The notes below the pieces were generated by a model. That model saw only the letters and a list, made by a program, of their open reading frames with translations, ran no database searches and had not been told where the DNA came from. A DNA stretch of 64,000 bases from Mustelus asterias (taxonomy: Eukaryota): assembly GCF_964213995.1 (NCBI RefSeq), contig NC_135815.1, forward strand, positions 85,684,001-85,748,000. Direction: 5' to 3'. Shown in pieces: positions 13,686 to 27,059 of the stretch; the stretch's first letter is position 1; each line of letters begins with the position of its first letter. Both the position numbers and the translations under genes were made by a program.

Positions 13686-16600
13686 GTAATTGTAATATAA
13701 GGGTCTGGCACATACATATAGGGCTAATGCTCTTCTGAAGAAAAATGATATGGACTTGAAATGTTAACTCTGTTTCTCCCTCCAGCGATGCTGCCAGACC
13801 TAAGTTTTTGCAGCATTTTCTGTTATTCTATATTGGGGTTAATGTGGGACTGAGTACAGTACTGTCTACACAATGATGTACCCAGGACCAGTTGTGTTGA
13901 GTACCAGCAAACATGGAGACACCTAACTTGTGCCCTTTACCGTATATGTGTAAATAGCTCTAAGAGTCAGTTAAGACATGTGGCATCCGAGCTCACTCTG
14001 AAACAATCATGAATAATTAATTGAATAGTCCAGGAGAATTGCAACTTTTTAAACCCAGCTGAAGACAAGCAAAAGACAGAAAAAGACATATTTATGACTT
14101 TTAACATCAACATTGAGCGAGAGAACTCAGCAGGCAGCCATTCCAGGCATTTTCAAGTTGAGTACCGTCGCCATTGCAGCAGACCATGCCAAAATGAGCA
14201 AGTGCAGGAAATCCCTTTGCCTCCAAGTGAATGATGACACCATCTTGAAATTCAGAAAGCAGCAGCAACAAGTCCACAATACATGTGACTGAGCTCAAAT
14301 TAATGAAAAAAGTTTTAAAACTGAAGGCAGAGCTTAAAAAATGTTCCAGCATATATTCTTTGATTTCAAAATCTACGCGATGGACAAGGCTTCTTGTTTT
14401 AGAGGTTTTCTACAGACTAATGTGTTTTTAAAAAACGGCCCCTTCAACGTAACGGAAGCCTGCTGAAATCTGATCATGGGAACAACAAAGGGAAGGAGAA
14501 TTATGGTTACTGAAGAGTTATCTTGGAAGAAAAAAAGATGGAGGTACTCACTTATTATGAAAAACAGCCATTGATAGGAAATTAAACTAGCAGACCAACT
14601 CGGGCTAAAACACGGACCGAATCAGACCCACAATTGGGTATCTTGGAGAAGATAACATTTAGATTACAGGAGTACATCAGGGCTAAATGGGAAAGTCAGA
14701 AAAGGTCCAGATTAATGCCTTTTTGTACTCGTTTGGTGAACTTGAGGAATAAGTCATCCTAATGCAAGGCATTGATGAATCCTTAAGCAGCATCGAGGAA
14801 ATATTGAAAGCCTTTGACAAATATCTGAATCTTCAAGTTGTGGATTGCATAGAGCTTAAAAGGGGGGATTTTTAAAACTCTAGTAAATTTACGAAAGGAA
14901 AAAAAAGACATGAACTGAGCAAACCGCACAATGGCACCCAGGCACGAGAGAGGCAAATAACTTTCCAGAAGTTTCAAAAAATATATATATTTTTGGGAAA
15001 CCTGACACAGTACCCAAGCTGCAACAATAGGTGGCAGTGTGGAACAAGCTGCCTGACTGTGTATAAAGGAAAGCTAGCTGGTGAAGTCCAAAATACACAA
15101 ATTCTGCAAAAGGAAAATTAAATAATGTTGGAAAATGTTTGTACCAAAGCTGGATTGGAAGATTTGAAACACAGAATTCAAGTTTAGTACATACCTTTGA
15201 AAATGCATGATAAAACTAAAGTCTTCAATAAACCAAACTGTTTCAAGATCTGAACAGAAGCATTTACTGAGGTACCACAAAGGTATCTTGAGGTAATAAT
15301 ATCTCTGAACTCCATTATTAGCAAATCGAAGCAGGCGCTGGGAAAACTGAACCAGAAATACAGCCAGGCACAACAGGCAGAAAATGCTGAAAGAAACTGA
15401 AAGACTCTTTGAGGAACCAATACATGCCCCTGGGAAAACATGAGTTCAGAAGTTGAATATTACTTGAAAAAACTCTGTTGGAGCTATCAGTAGTAACAAA
15501 GCAATGCTGAGGGGAACAGAACGAGAAGGTAAAGGCTGAACTGGAAAATAAACTGTTAAAAGAACATCTGACTGTCCTTCAAGATCAAATTCTAAAACCA
15601 TGCATAATCCTTCAATAGAATGAAAGAATAAAGACTGCCTTGAACAGCAGAATGCAGCAACAGCAGAATAAACTAAATGAGACTTGGTTAAATTACAATA
15701 AAAATTCCAGGGGATGTAATTGCACTTCACAAAAATGGAAAGCCTGCTAAAGTACCTTCACAACCTCGGGATCTCTCTGATCAAGTTAAAGTTTAAAAGT
15801 TTGAAGTTTATTTATTAATGTCACGAGTAGGTTTACATTAATATTACAGTGAAGTTACAAAGTTAGTTCCCCTGGAAAATTACAAAGTGTCACTCTGAAG
15901 GAACTGAAGAACCACTTGGCAGAGAAGATTCCAGAATGTTATAAAAGTACGGTTGCCGTAGTCCCAGATGACCACAGGCTACTCTCCCCTTTGAGGGGCA
16001 AGATTGAGAAGGCGGTGGGCCTTTATGAATAACCTCAGCTGGTACGGGATGGAAGTAAAAGAAACAGCAAGGAGATGAGCACAGTGTTCATTCCCCCAGC
16101 AGAAACCAGCTAAAGCGGTGTAATGTCCTAACTAATGTTAGTGGCTGTAGGTTTTAAACAAAAATAAGATATGTGGTTGCACACGTAGATTCAAACTAAC
16201 AACAACAGATTTATTCTAGGAGCTTTTGCTTGTACAGAATGCAAACTGAAAGTAAAACAGCAGCCTCTGCAACACCCTAATGACACCATCTCATATCACG
16301 TGATCAGTTCTTAAAGTAACTTGCAACCATTTAAATATATGTAACAAGTAGTAACCACTGATCAGCATAAAGACTGCACTGAACAAGAATGGTTCAATAG
16401 AAAAGAACAGTGGAAAAGGATGGAAAAAATCCCAGTTACCAGAACAGCCTGCAAACCAACCGAGAGAATCATCAGTGACAGAGCCTACCATTTTCTCCTA
16501 TAGTAATGCAAACAAGATATGGAAGGACTATAAGACCTCTGGACTGAAGTAGGGAGTTGGGCAGCGATGATGTAGTAATGTAAATGTATGATAGTAATCA

Positions 16601-17241
16601 TAGAATCATAGAAACCCTACAGTGCAGAAGGAGGCCATTCGGCCCATCGAGTCTGCACCGACCACAATCCCACCCAGGCCCTACCCCCACATATTTTACC
16701 CGCTAATCTACACATCCCAGGACTCTAAGGAGCAATTTTTTAACCTGGCCAATCAACCTAACCCGCACATCTTTGGACTGTGGGAGGAAACCGGAGCACC
16801 CGGAGGAAACCCACGCAGACACGAGGAGAATGTGCAAACTCCACACAGACAGTGAGCCGGAATCGAACCCGGGACCCTGGAGCTGTGAAGCAGCAGTGCT
16901 AACCACTGTGCTACCGTGCCGCCCTCAACCACTGTGCTACCGTGCCGCCCTTATAATGATATAAGATAAGGGAAACTATAATCACTTTAAAGTACCCTGG
17001 ATAAAGACTTGGGGTGAGGTAAAGTATAAGGCCCAGGCACATATGATGTGGGTCTGAGTACCATGCTGCCCACACAGTGATATAAGAGAGCACATGACGC
17101 ACACCCAGGGTCAGTTGAGTAGATAGAGCTGTGTACACCGAAAAGCCTGGAGATGGTAGTTCTAAGAGCCAATAAAAACTTAGTTAACCTATGTGTGATT
17201 ACAAAGACTTCTTCAGACTGATGAAACTGCAACTTTACAAC
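13686..17241 (+). mobile_element. Highly decayed Gypsy-like LTR retrotransposon remnant
   Basis: Related LTR-like segments at about 13686-13979 and 16570-17241 (TGTAGT...ACAACA, internal AATAAA). PBS-like tggcatccgag at 13981, purine-rich tract before 16570, gag-like residue KVQINAFLYSFGE near 14700. Confidence 0.5.
16598..16951 (-). mobile_element. HE1-like SINE, young copy with duplicated head
   Basis: Full head, core and CR1-type tail. The 25-mer aaccactgtgctaccgtgccgccct occurs at 16901-16925 and 16927-16951. Confidence 0.88.
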
Positions 17242-18647
17242 AGTTAGGAAAGCCCTCAAGGAGTTGAATTCTAAATATTCGGGACAGGAACTGTATTCTT
17301 GGTAAACAGAGTAATTTAGTTATTCATAAAGTCTAAATTTGGCAATCATTGAGAAATCTTTTCCAATTTACTCCTTTTCAGAATTGTTTAATTTGAATTG
17401 TTCGACAATTCAAAATGTTTTTATTGCAAAAATTGACCACAATAAGCTACAACAATTGCAAAGGTTTCTCAACTTAATGCAGTTCTTTGAAGAATGCAAT
17501 GCGTGCTATCATTCATCTCTGTTACATGTCCCTACAATAAGATCTGATTGTGTGTGATCAGTTTTACCCCACAACCCCTCCCCCCCCCTCTTCTCTGATC
17601 CCTTCCACCCTTGTTGCTCAATAGAATTGTAAAAGGAGCTATGTTGAAATAAGTGCATCTTTTTCATCTTGTTTGTGTGTTGGTATGAATAATTACAGAT
17701 CAGCATGGCACAAGTCTGTGAATGTATCTGTTTTGTGTTACTAGTCTTGTATATAATATCCACTTTCTTGAGGCGAGTCATTTCCGAGGTGGAGGGGTTC
17801 CTGTTCTTAAATTATCTTCTGAACTGATGCATCATAGCTCATTTGAAACTGTTCTTGTGCCATTGCAAATGTCCAGTTTGGATTTGGAATGATCAAATAG
17901 TTCATGTACATGACTCAGGAGAAAATGAGTTAAAAGCTCTGCTAAAGAGTGCAAGCTCGATATTATCTCATGTTGCTACTTACCTGTTACTTTAATAACC
18001 TGCTTCTGTAGTTTATAGTGTGTGCCAATTAGAATGTTCAAGTTTCCATCTTCTGAAGTCTGAGACGACAAGAGAGTCTGTGCTATATACCATAAGTTTA
18101 AAAAGTGTGTTTCGTTTGACCCTTCAGCAACACTGCAATACCAGATATTGTATATATAAATTTGCAGTGCTCCTCTCAGAAGCAAAGGCTTACTTACAGG
18201 AGTTAGGTTTTACACAGAGAATAAGAGAAATACGTACAAAAAACTGAGACTTATTAGAAAGGGTTCACAGAAGAATGACTAGACCTCTGGGAACTAAGTT
18301 ATGAAGAAACTATTCTGTGTTGGAAAAACATGAGGTGGAACATAATACAGGTAAAGATAAGATTCAACCAAGCTCTCTGTTTGACTTGGATATTGGAGAC
18401 ATGGCTAAAGAACGTGAGCCCAGAATTCACATTCCTCAAACAAGGTTAAAGGTTAGAAAACCCTTTACCTCGCCCACAGGATAGTGGAACAGACATTTGA
18501 TACAACCTAGCTGGATGCAGAATCAACTGGAGCTTTAACAGGAATTCAATTCATGTCAGTAAACTTATTTTGGCTTGTAATTTGAAGGGAAATCTTTCAG
18601 TGGCACAGGATTAGATACTGGGAGACTAGAAAATCTGCCTTGGTGTC

Positions 18648-19015
18648 AGCTATGGCTCAGTTGATACCACTTTCGTTTCTGTACCACTCCACATATCCGA
18701 GCCGGATACCTGAGCACAAAAATCTAGGCTGACAGTCTCGTGAGGTACTGAGAGAGCGCTGCACTGTCAATCTGATGGATAAGGCATTAAACTGAGACCC
18801 TGTCTATTTTACGAGGTGGATATAAAACATTTCTTGGCACTATTTTGAAGAAGAGCAGGGAGTTAGACCTGGTGTCCTGGCCAATTTACCCCTCAATCAA
18901 TTAGACGAAAACAACTCATCTGGTAATTATCATATTGCTGTTTGTGGGAGTGTGCTGCATGGGTAAATTTGCTCCTGTGTTTCCTACATTACAACAGTTT
19001 CCTACATTGCAACTG
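18648..19015 (+). mobile_element. DeuSINE-type (SacSINE1-like) old SINE
   Basis: tRNA-like head tggctcagttg, then the Deu-domain-like ggcactattttgaagaagagcaggggagtt..ggtgtcctggccaattt. Confidence 0.65.
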
Positions 19016-19025
19016 TACAACTTCA

Positions 19026-19325
19026 GAGCGTCACAGTGGTTAGCACTGCTGCCGCACAGCACTAGGGACCGTGATTCGATTCCCAGCTTGGGTCACTGTC
19101 TGTGTAGTGCTTACACATTCTCCCCATGTCTGCGTGGGTGGAAATCCACGGTTTCCGGGATGCTCCGGTTTCCTCCCACACCCCAGAGATTGGTGTTGGT
19201 CAAGATCAATGCACAGGGTTACGGGGATAAGGCGGGGAGGTGAGCCTAGTCAACTCTTTGGGAGGGTCAGTGCAGACTTAATTGGCCGAATGGCCTCCTG
19301 CACTGTAGGGATTCTACGGATTCTA
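19026..19325 (+). mobile_element. HE1-like SINE
   Basis: cacagtggttagcactgctgcc head, core, CR1-type tail ggccgaatggcctcctgcactgtagggattcta. Confidence 0.8.
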
Positions 19326-19919
19326 TTACTTCATTGACTCTTGAGCATTTTGGATCATTCTGAGGTTGTGAAAGTCGCAAGTTAAATGCAAGTTGTTATT
19401 TCTTTAGGTTCCGATAGCCGGACCTGTGGCGCATTAATGTTGGGCATCATTTCCCAGTAAGCCTTTTAAACAAGGGTACAACATTCTAGCCAAAAAGCGT
19501 TGCAACTTCATGTAAATATTATAATGAACTGAAACCCTAGCTTAATTTCCATCCATTTACCATAGTATTGGATGGGTGCTGCTTTTGCCTATCTGTAGTG
19601 AGACCAACCAAAGCTCTGTAGACAATGAAGCCTTTAAAGTGTCCAAAACTATATTTTTCTAAATCAAGTTTCAGGCTGGCTGCTGCTTTCAAATTTTTGT
19701 AACAAAATAATTTGCATTTTTTGTCGAGATTTTTACGTCTTGCTCCTCTTGTTCTTTAAGAGGCAGGAACTGCAGAGTCTTCTGGCTGTGCACTACTCTC
19801 AACTGGTACCCAGTATTGTGGACTGCTGGGAGTTCAGTCCAAACTATGGCAATGATAAGCAAGGGACTGCACAGGGGAACAGCATATGGTAGAAATGGAG
19901 TAATTAACAGAGATTCCAT

Positions 19920-20362
19920 CATCAGGATGTTGCCTGGTATGGAGGGCATTAGCTATGAGGAGAGATTGGAGAAATTTGGTTTGTTCTCACTGGAACAACA
20001 GAGGTTGAGGGGCGACCTGTTAGAAGTCTACAAGATTATGAGGGGCCTGGACAGCGTGGATAGTCAAAGCTTTTTCCCAGGGTGGAAGAGTCAATTCCTA
20101 GGGGGCATAGGTTTAAGGGGCAAGGTTTAAAGGAGATGTACGAGGCAAGTTTTTTACCCAGAGGGTGGTGGGTGCCTGAAACTTGCTGCCGGGGGAGCTA
20201 GTGGAAGCAGATACGATAGTGACTTTTAAGGCGTCTGGATGGGAATAGAGGGATATGGTCCCCGGAAAGCTAGGGGGTTTTAGCTCAAATGGGCAGCATA
20301 GTCAGTGCAGACTTGGAGGGCCGAAGAACCTGTTCTTGTGCTGTAATTTTCTTTGTTTTTTG
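19920..20362 (+). mobile_element. 5'-truncated CR1
   Basis: RMLPGMEGISYEERLEKFGLFSLEQQRLRGDLLEVYKIM followed by a 3' UTR and tail. Confidence 0.85.
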
Positions 20363-20523
20363 AGGTTAGTGTGGATTTCTGTGTGGATTCTATTAGTTCA
20401 TTGACTCCAGAGCATTTTGGATCATTCTGAGGTTGTGAAAGTCGCAAGTTAAATGCAAGTTGTTATTTCTTTAGATTCAGATAGCCAGACCTGTGGCACA
20501 TTAATGTTGAGCATCATTTCCCA

Positions 20524-22110
20524 TCATGAGCCCCACATGGTGTTCTGCCTCTCTGGTGGCCAGGTAAAGGACATCATGGAGAATATTCTGAGGGTGATCC
20601 AGATATTGTGGTATACATAAGGTGCCAATAGCAAATATTGAGATTCTATGATCAGACTTCCAGGAGTTAGGGAGCAGTTAGGACCTTGAAGGGCATATAA
20701 TCTGTGGATTACTTGTGCTTGGCCCTCTCTCCACTCACATTGTCTGTACCTTTAAGACTTGATTATCTGTAAAGACTTGCATTCCAACCATTATCTTGTA
20801 AATTGAGTTTGTGTCTATATATGCCCTGTTTGTGAACACAACTCCCACTCACCTGATGAAGGGGCAGTGCTCTGAAAGCTTGTGCTACCAAATAAACCTG
20901 TTGGACTTTAACCTGGTGTTGTGAGACTTCTTACTGTGATTACTACAAGTGCCATGCACTAGCAAGAGTCAAGATAGGACAATGAGGAGGGTGAATCCAT
21001 GTCTCGAAGAATGGTGCAGAAGTGAAAGCTTCCAATTCTTGGGGCAGTATTAAAGAGGACAAGTTGCACCTCAACAAGACTGGAACTGCTGTCCCTGTGG
21101 GGATATTAACTTGTGTGAATGGGGAAGATTTAAACTAAATCGGCAGTATTAGGCACCAGGATATGAAAGGAGTAAAGGGCGCTTAAATTGAGTGGGATTG
21201 TAGTAGAAAAGGAAGCGGTGACATACTAGATAAGGGCAGACTAAGAAAATAACATGATGTACAAAGACAACTTTAGAAATCATGTATGTGAATTGGGCAG
21301 AAAGTGGTGAATAAGGTTGGTGAGCTATAAACATTGATATCTTTGTGGGGAATATGATGTGGTAATAGAAACATGACTTAAAATAGTGAGGATGGTGCAA
21401 TTAATATTCACAGATACAAAGTGTTCAGAAAAGATGAAGAAGGAAGAAAGAGAGGTGGATAGCAGTACTGAGTTGGAATTACGTAATGTTGGAAAGAGAA
21501 GATGTCATTGAGAGGCAAAAAGACAGAATGAGAGTGATGATTGTATCATGAGGCTTAGATTAGTAATGAAGAAGAGTAAGGAAAAATCTAAAGTAAAACT
21601 TCTAAATCGGAAGAGGGCTAATTTCTCTGGAATAAAAGGAGAGATCATGTCCAGGTAAAATGGAACCAAAGACTGAAAGGAGTAAAGGCTACAGAACAAT
21701 AGGTGATCTGTAAGGACGGAATGTTTCAAGAACAGGCGAGGTACATTCCAACAATGGCAGGGGAGCAAAAACCAAAACTTCATGGATGGCATAGCAGATA
21801 GAGAAAATTATGAAACAAAAAAAATGTATATGGTGCATGGCAGATAAATGCTTTATGCAAGAACTAGGACAAATCCAATAAGTTGAGGGGGGAAGTGAAG
21901 AGGAAAATAAGACTGGCAAAGGGAGAAAATGAGAAGAGAGGGACATTTAAAATGAAAGGGAAACCAAATATCCTCTGCTGGCTTGTAAGCAGGTAGCATG
22001 AGGTGGGTGAGGTCAATTAGGGACCGATATATAAAGGCTAGAATACTTGAGTATTTCGTATTGATGTTTACTAAGAGGATGCTGACACAATATCAGTGGA
22101 AGCGCGAGGG
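20524..22110 (+). mobile_element. Very old CR1 remnant spanning ORF1 esterase and ORF2 N-terminus
   Basis: Degenerate match to the ORF1 end (tctgcctctctggtggccaggtaaaggac, ...gaagatttaaactaa) and endonuclease region of the intact copy at 34472-39163. Confidence 0.6.
20724..20937 (+). mobile_element. Solo Penelope-like pseudo-LTR with hammerhead motif
   Basis: Matches 57191-57408. Contains CAC-CTGATGA-AGGGGC-AGT-GCTCT-GAAA-GCTT-GTG at 20850-20884. gattact occurs at both flanks (20708 and 20938). Confidence 0.85.
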
Positions 22111-22129
22111 TACAGGTAATAAACTGAAT

Positions 22130-22983
22130 ACCCAGGTGAAGTTGTTACACTTATGAATTCCACAGATAATTCTGAAACAAAGGCAACTGAACTTAGCAGA
22201 GTAGTTGCTGAGCTGAATGAAAAGATCCAGAAGCTCGAAGAACAACTAAAGTTGTGAAACAAGTGGGAATGAATGTTCCATTCTTGAAATGTAACCTCCC
22301 ACATACATCACTGTGAACTGCACTTGGGAAGAAAAACAGAATGAGTACTACAGATGTGCAGAAAGTTTGTTCTCATAAGGAATGTGATAAAACAATGACC
22401 ATTTATAATACCAGTTTAAATTTTGGGCATTGAGAAAGAACGGTTCAACACCAAAAACGCAGGAAATAAAAGAATTAAGATCAACTGACTAATGTCAGAA
22501 TAACCACATCCAAAACAACCTACTTTTCATCAAGGTTTGCCCAATTCAACAGAATCTACCACTCCAACTGTTTAACGACAAGATCTAGAAGTATTATAAA
22601 GCTTGCAGACTACCTTAACCTGTAAACAGAGACTTGAGGGGGTGGCGGAGGGGAAGAGGTAGCAGAAGTAATGAAAAAGTATGTTGGGTAAACAGGAAGG
22701 CTTTGTAAATATGTCGGGTAAAGACTTGTGGCGGGCGGGGGGGGGGAATTAATGTGGGACTGGGTACAGTACCATCTATAGTGGTGAAACAGAACACATG
22801 ACCCGAGTCTGGAGGGCAGTCTATGATAGAGATGTGTATAGCGGCAGGCTGGGTGACAGCTCCTAGCTTAGATCTTACACTGTATATGTGTTTATATAGT
22901 TATTAGTAGTTACTAAACACTTGCTATTAAACTATACAAGACTCAGAAACTCTTCATGAATGCTACTGAACTGCAAATAACAT
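22130..22983 (+). mobile_element. Gypsy-like 3' remnant with LTR-like segment
   Basis: Purine tract near 22635-22660, then a segment sharing ttaatgtgggactg(a/g)gtacagtac with the LTR-like region at 13840. Confidence 0.4.
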
Positions 22984-24191
22984 CCTGTAATATTACCCAC
23001 AGCCACTCACTTGCCATTCTTGTGACCTCCACGGACTCAAAGACTTAACTATTAATCATGGTTATCTGACCATTCCCTCCACTTGACCTTCCACAATTCC
23101 TCCCCCATTCGCCCATCAGTTCTGAAAGAAAGTGTCCAAACCCCAATCCCCCCCCACACCCCACTCACCAGCTCTCTCCCTAACTTTGTCTGCTCCGACC
23201 TTCCATTCAACACGATCCCTTTGATGCCGGCAAATGCCTCGATTATTCTCTTATCTCTGCCACTGTCTTTGCTTCCCACAAATTGTTAATTGTCTCCCTG
23301 TCACCCTCAACCCACCCCTCCCAAACATGTGCAATCTCCAGACGCAGCATGTTATCAGCATAACTAGCTGGGTCATCCATTACTTTTAGAATTGCCGAAA
23401 ATTTACAACACAGACTGAGGCCATTCAACCCACGGTGTCGATGTTAGTTGAAGAAGAGCTACCCAGCCTGATCCCACCTTCCTGCACTTGGTCCACACCC
23501 CTGCAGAGTCACAGTTTTCATTTTACATTTTATTTGCACTTCCATATTTTACTTAAACTTACATTCTTTTGAACTTTAGATAATTAACAGTGTAGAGAAC
23601 AACAGTGATATAGTTAATGTACAACACAGAAAACGGCTATTCAGCCTAATTGACCCATGGCGTTTATGCTCTCCGAGTTCCCTCCCACCTCTTGTTAATT
23701 TAACCGAATCAGCATAATCTTCTCTCTCATGTTTTATCCAGATTTCTCCTAAATGCATCTGTGCTAATTGTCTGAGCTGCTACTTATTGTTTTGACAACG
23801 TGCTAGTATTTCTAGCATTAGAGGGTGCTCCAATATACAAACGGACCGTTCAGCCTGTCAAATAGCACTAGTTATTGCCTCCATGAACGACCTAGTCTAA
23901 TCTCACTCTCCTGGCACACCTCCCAGTAGACCTCCAAGTATTATTTTAACTGTGCTTGTGTTGCCTCTACCCTCCATTTCAGACGGGTTCCCTATCGCCC
24001 TATGGGTAAAAAAAAATGTTTACACATTTCTCTTCTAACCCTTCTACCAAGTAGTTTAAATCTGAGTTTGGATTTTGACTCTTCTGCAATCTTATGGACC
24101 AATTTGATCTATTATGCTTGTTATGAGATTTGGTCATGTTGTATTCTGAAGATTTTGGATTTTTAAAAATTGGTTTTTAGATGTTGCATTT

Positions 24192-24524
24192 TTTTAATAC
24201 TTTTCCAATTCAATCAAATCAAATCCAATTCAGAGTCTCAACAAGTTGAGACATTTCAGATCCAGGCTGACAAGACAGGACGGGAGACCAAAACCACCCT
24301 GTCCTGGGCCTGATCTACATGAGTCAAGCTGATTGGAGAAGGGGGAGGATCCTCCTCCAAGACTTGAGCTCATTTGCATCTTAGCCAAAAGGCCGAGATG
24401 CTGCTTTTAAAAATTGCTTCATATGAAACATATGAAGCCTCAGCGTAACCCAATGACCTCAACCAAGTGCGGCCGACAATGGGGTGCCGACACTACACTT
24501 GATCTTAGCCAAAAGGCCGAGAAG
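24192..24524 (-). mobile_element. U2 snRNA-headed short retroposon (candidate SINEU / U2-Keno chimera)
   Basis: The minus strand begins with U2 nt 5-37 (24524-24492), has a second U2 nt 7-27 copy (24398-24378), ends in an A-tail, and is flanked by the 9-bp TSD gttgcattt (24183-24191, 24524-24532). Confidence 0.85.
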
Positions 24525-26073
24525 TTGCATTTGCTACAGCTGAGTGGCTTGCTTGGTCATTTCAAAGCATAGTTAAGAGTCAAATACATTGATGTGTGGG
24601 ATTGGTGTCACATGTAGGTCAGACTTGGTGAAAATGGCCGATATTTTCTCTATAAGACCTGAGTGAAACAGTTGGGTTTTTACAACAATCATCCAGCATC
24701 CTGTTCATTTTTACTGATGCCAGCTTCTTTTTCCCAGAGCTTTTGAAAACAAGTCAAATTCTCAAACTGCTTTGGTGGATTTTCAACTCAGGTTCTTTAT
24801 ATTAGCAGTCTAATATAACTACTGCACTACCCTAGATATGCTGGGGTAGTTCATCAGCTATTATAAGCATTATTATAAGTTTGACGTGCTTCCAGGGTAT
24901 TTTAATATTAGAACTTTTCCAAACTTTCGTATAGGTCAAATGGTCACACAATCCAAGTTCTTTCTTTCTGGTTTTTGTAACTTGTGAATTGACAGCTACC
25001 TAACACTTGCAATGGCATAGCTGTTTTAAGGGAAAGAACACTGCGTTTTAATTTACATTTTATTTGTACTTTAAACTGACATTCCTTTAAACTTTAGATA
25101 ATTAACAGTGTAGAGAACAACAGTGATTTAGTTAATGTACAACATAAAAAAGGCTATTCAATCATGGTGTTCCTGCTCTACATGAGTCCCCTTCTACCCG
25201 TCCTTCATTTAACCAAATCAACATAACTTCCTATTCCTTTCTCCCTCGTTTTAATCGAGCTTTCTCTAAAATGCATCTGTGCTATTTGCCTCAACTGTTA
25301 CTTATTGTTTTGACGACATGCTAGTATTTCTAGAATCAGAGGATGCTCCAGTTTGCAAATTGACCATTCAGCCCATTAAATCTGCACCAGTCATTGCCTC
25401 CATGAGCCATGTAGTCTAATCCCACTCTCCTTGCACACCAACCTCACCCCCCCCTCCCCCATCCCAGCCAATAACTTTCAACATTCCTCTTTCCCGAGGA
25501 TTTTATTGGGATTTATGTATTCTGCTGCAACAGTAGCTTGTGGCAGAAGATTCTACATTCTAACCAGCCCTTTAATTCTTTTTCATATTTCCGGTTTACC
25601 AAGGCACAAGGGGAAACCTCTGAGCAGTGGAGGCGATACAGACAAGGGCCACGAGGCTGATCCCTGGTGTCAGAGGACTGAGTTGTCAGGAAAAGTTAGA
25701 AAAACTTGGACCCTTCAGTCTTTGAAAGTAGGTGAATGAGAGGACACATTATTGAAGCATAGGAGACACTAAGTGCAATAGAAATAGGTCATCCTGAGCA
25801 TTTTTTCACCACGGATGGAGGGCAAAAAGATAAATCGACACAAGGACTGGTGTCAAAAATACTTCACGCATACAATGACCAATGCTTGAAAAGCCTCGAG
25901 ATAGAAGTATCAATAAAAGCTCAGAAGCCAGTTAGGCTCTATTTAGGGGTGACACAGGAGGGACTATAGACCCTCTGGGGAAGATGAGGTAGATTGACCC
26001 CCCCCCCTCATCTGTATTAACCTTTCATAAGCACAGTTAGAAAGAGCTGGCCTTAATATTTCCTCTCCCTTCT

Positions 26074-26412
26074 CATAGAAACCCAACAGTACAGAAAGAG
26101 GCCATTCAGCCCATCGAGTCTGCACCGACCACAATCCCACCCAGGCCCTACCCCCATATCCCGACATATTTACCCACTAATCCCTTTAACCTACGCATCT
26201 CAGGACACTAAGGGCAATTTTTAGCATGGCCAATCAACCTAACCCGCACATCTTTGGACTGTGGGAGGAAACTGGAGTACCCGGAGGAAACCCACGCAGA
26301 CACGAGGAGAATGTGCAAACTCCACACTGACAGTGACCCGAGCTGGGAATCGAACCCAGGTCCCTGGAGCTGTGAAGCAGCAGTGCTAACCACTGTGCTA
26401 CCGTGCCGCCCT
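26074..26412 (-). mobile_element. HE1-like SINE
   Basis: Nearly identical to the copy at 16598-16925. Confidence 0.88.
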
Positions 26413-27059
26413 GCAGGGCATCTCGATGTTTGACAACCATTGAGTTGGTTTTTTTTAAAATGCTATGATATCCTTGTATGGTCAAACATGGTAGTCTATT
26501 TGTAAGATGTAAATGACCAGTTAATCAGTTTGGTTGTTCTTGGTTGGGGGATAAGGATAGGCCAAAACCCTGCTCTTTAAATAGTGTTAAATGCATTTCC
26601 AATGATGCAATTCTCCTTCAGTATTGCATTGAAATGTCAGCCCAGATTATGATCTGAACTGTGACTTGAACCCACAGCTTTCTGACTGAAAAGGCAAGAG
26701 TGCTATACATTTTAGTCGGGTTGATCTTCAGCTTCAAAATGTCAACTCAAACAGTAAGATCAATGTGTCATCCTCTGTGTCCCAAGCAAGTTGTCCTTTA
26801 CAAATGGATGACTCTTGAGCAGTCCAGTCTCTTTTGTGTATTTGTTGCATGTGGGATCTTGCCAATTTAGTATCATAATAGAGCGACTGCATGGAAAAAG
26901 GACTTTACAGAACAGTTAAATTGAGGAATGAGCCTATAGTTTGCTGTCAGTGTGGTGATACTCCAGCGCTAATGGTGTAATTTTAGCCAGTGGTTTTGAG
27001 TGGCAAAGTCTGCATGGTTCCTAGTCACTGAAACTGTTGTGATCCATGCAATGTCATGC

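Noticed and set aside
17330-18250. Repeat-free intronic stretch as a possible conserved element or hidden exon
   Set aside because: No coding signal or motif I can support; a cross-species alignment would be needed.
24492-24524. Functional U2 snRNA gene
   Set aside because: Only nt 5-37 are present, with no Sm site or 3' stem-loops, and the segment lies inside a TSD-flanked insertion.
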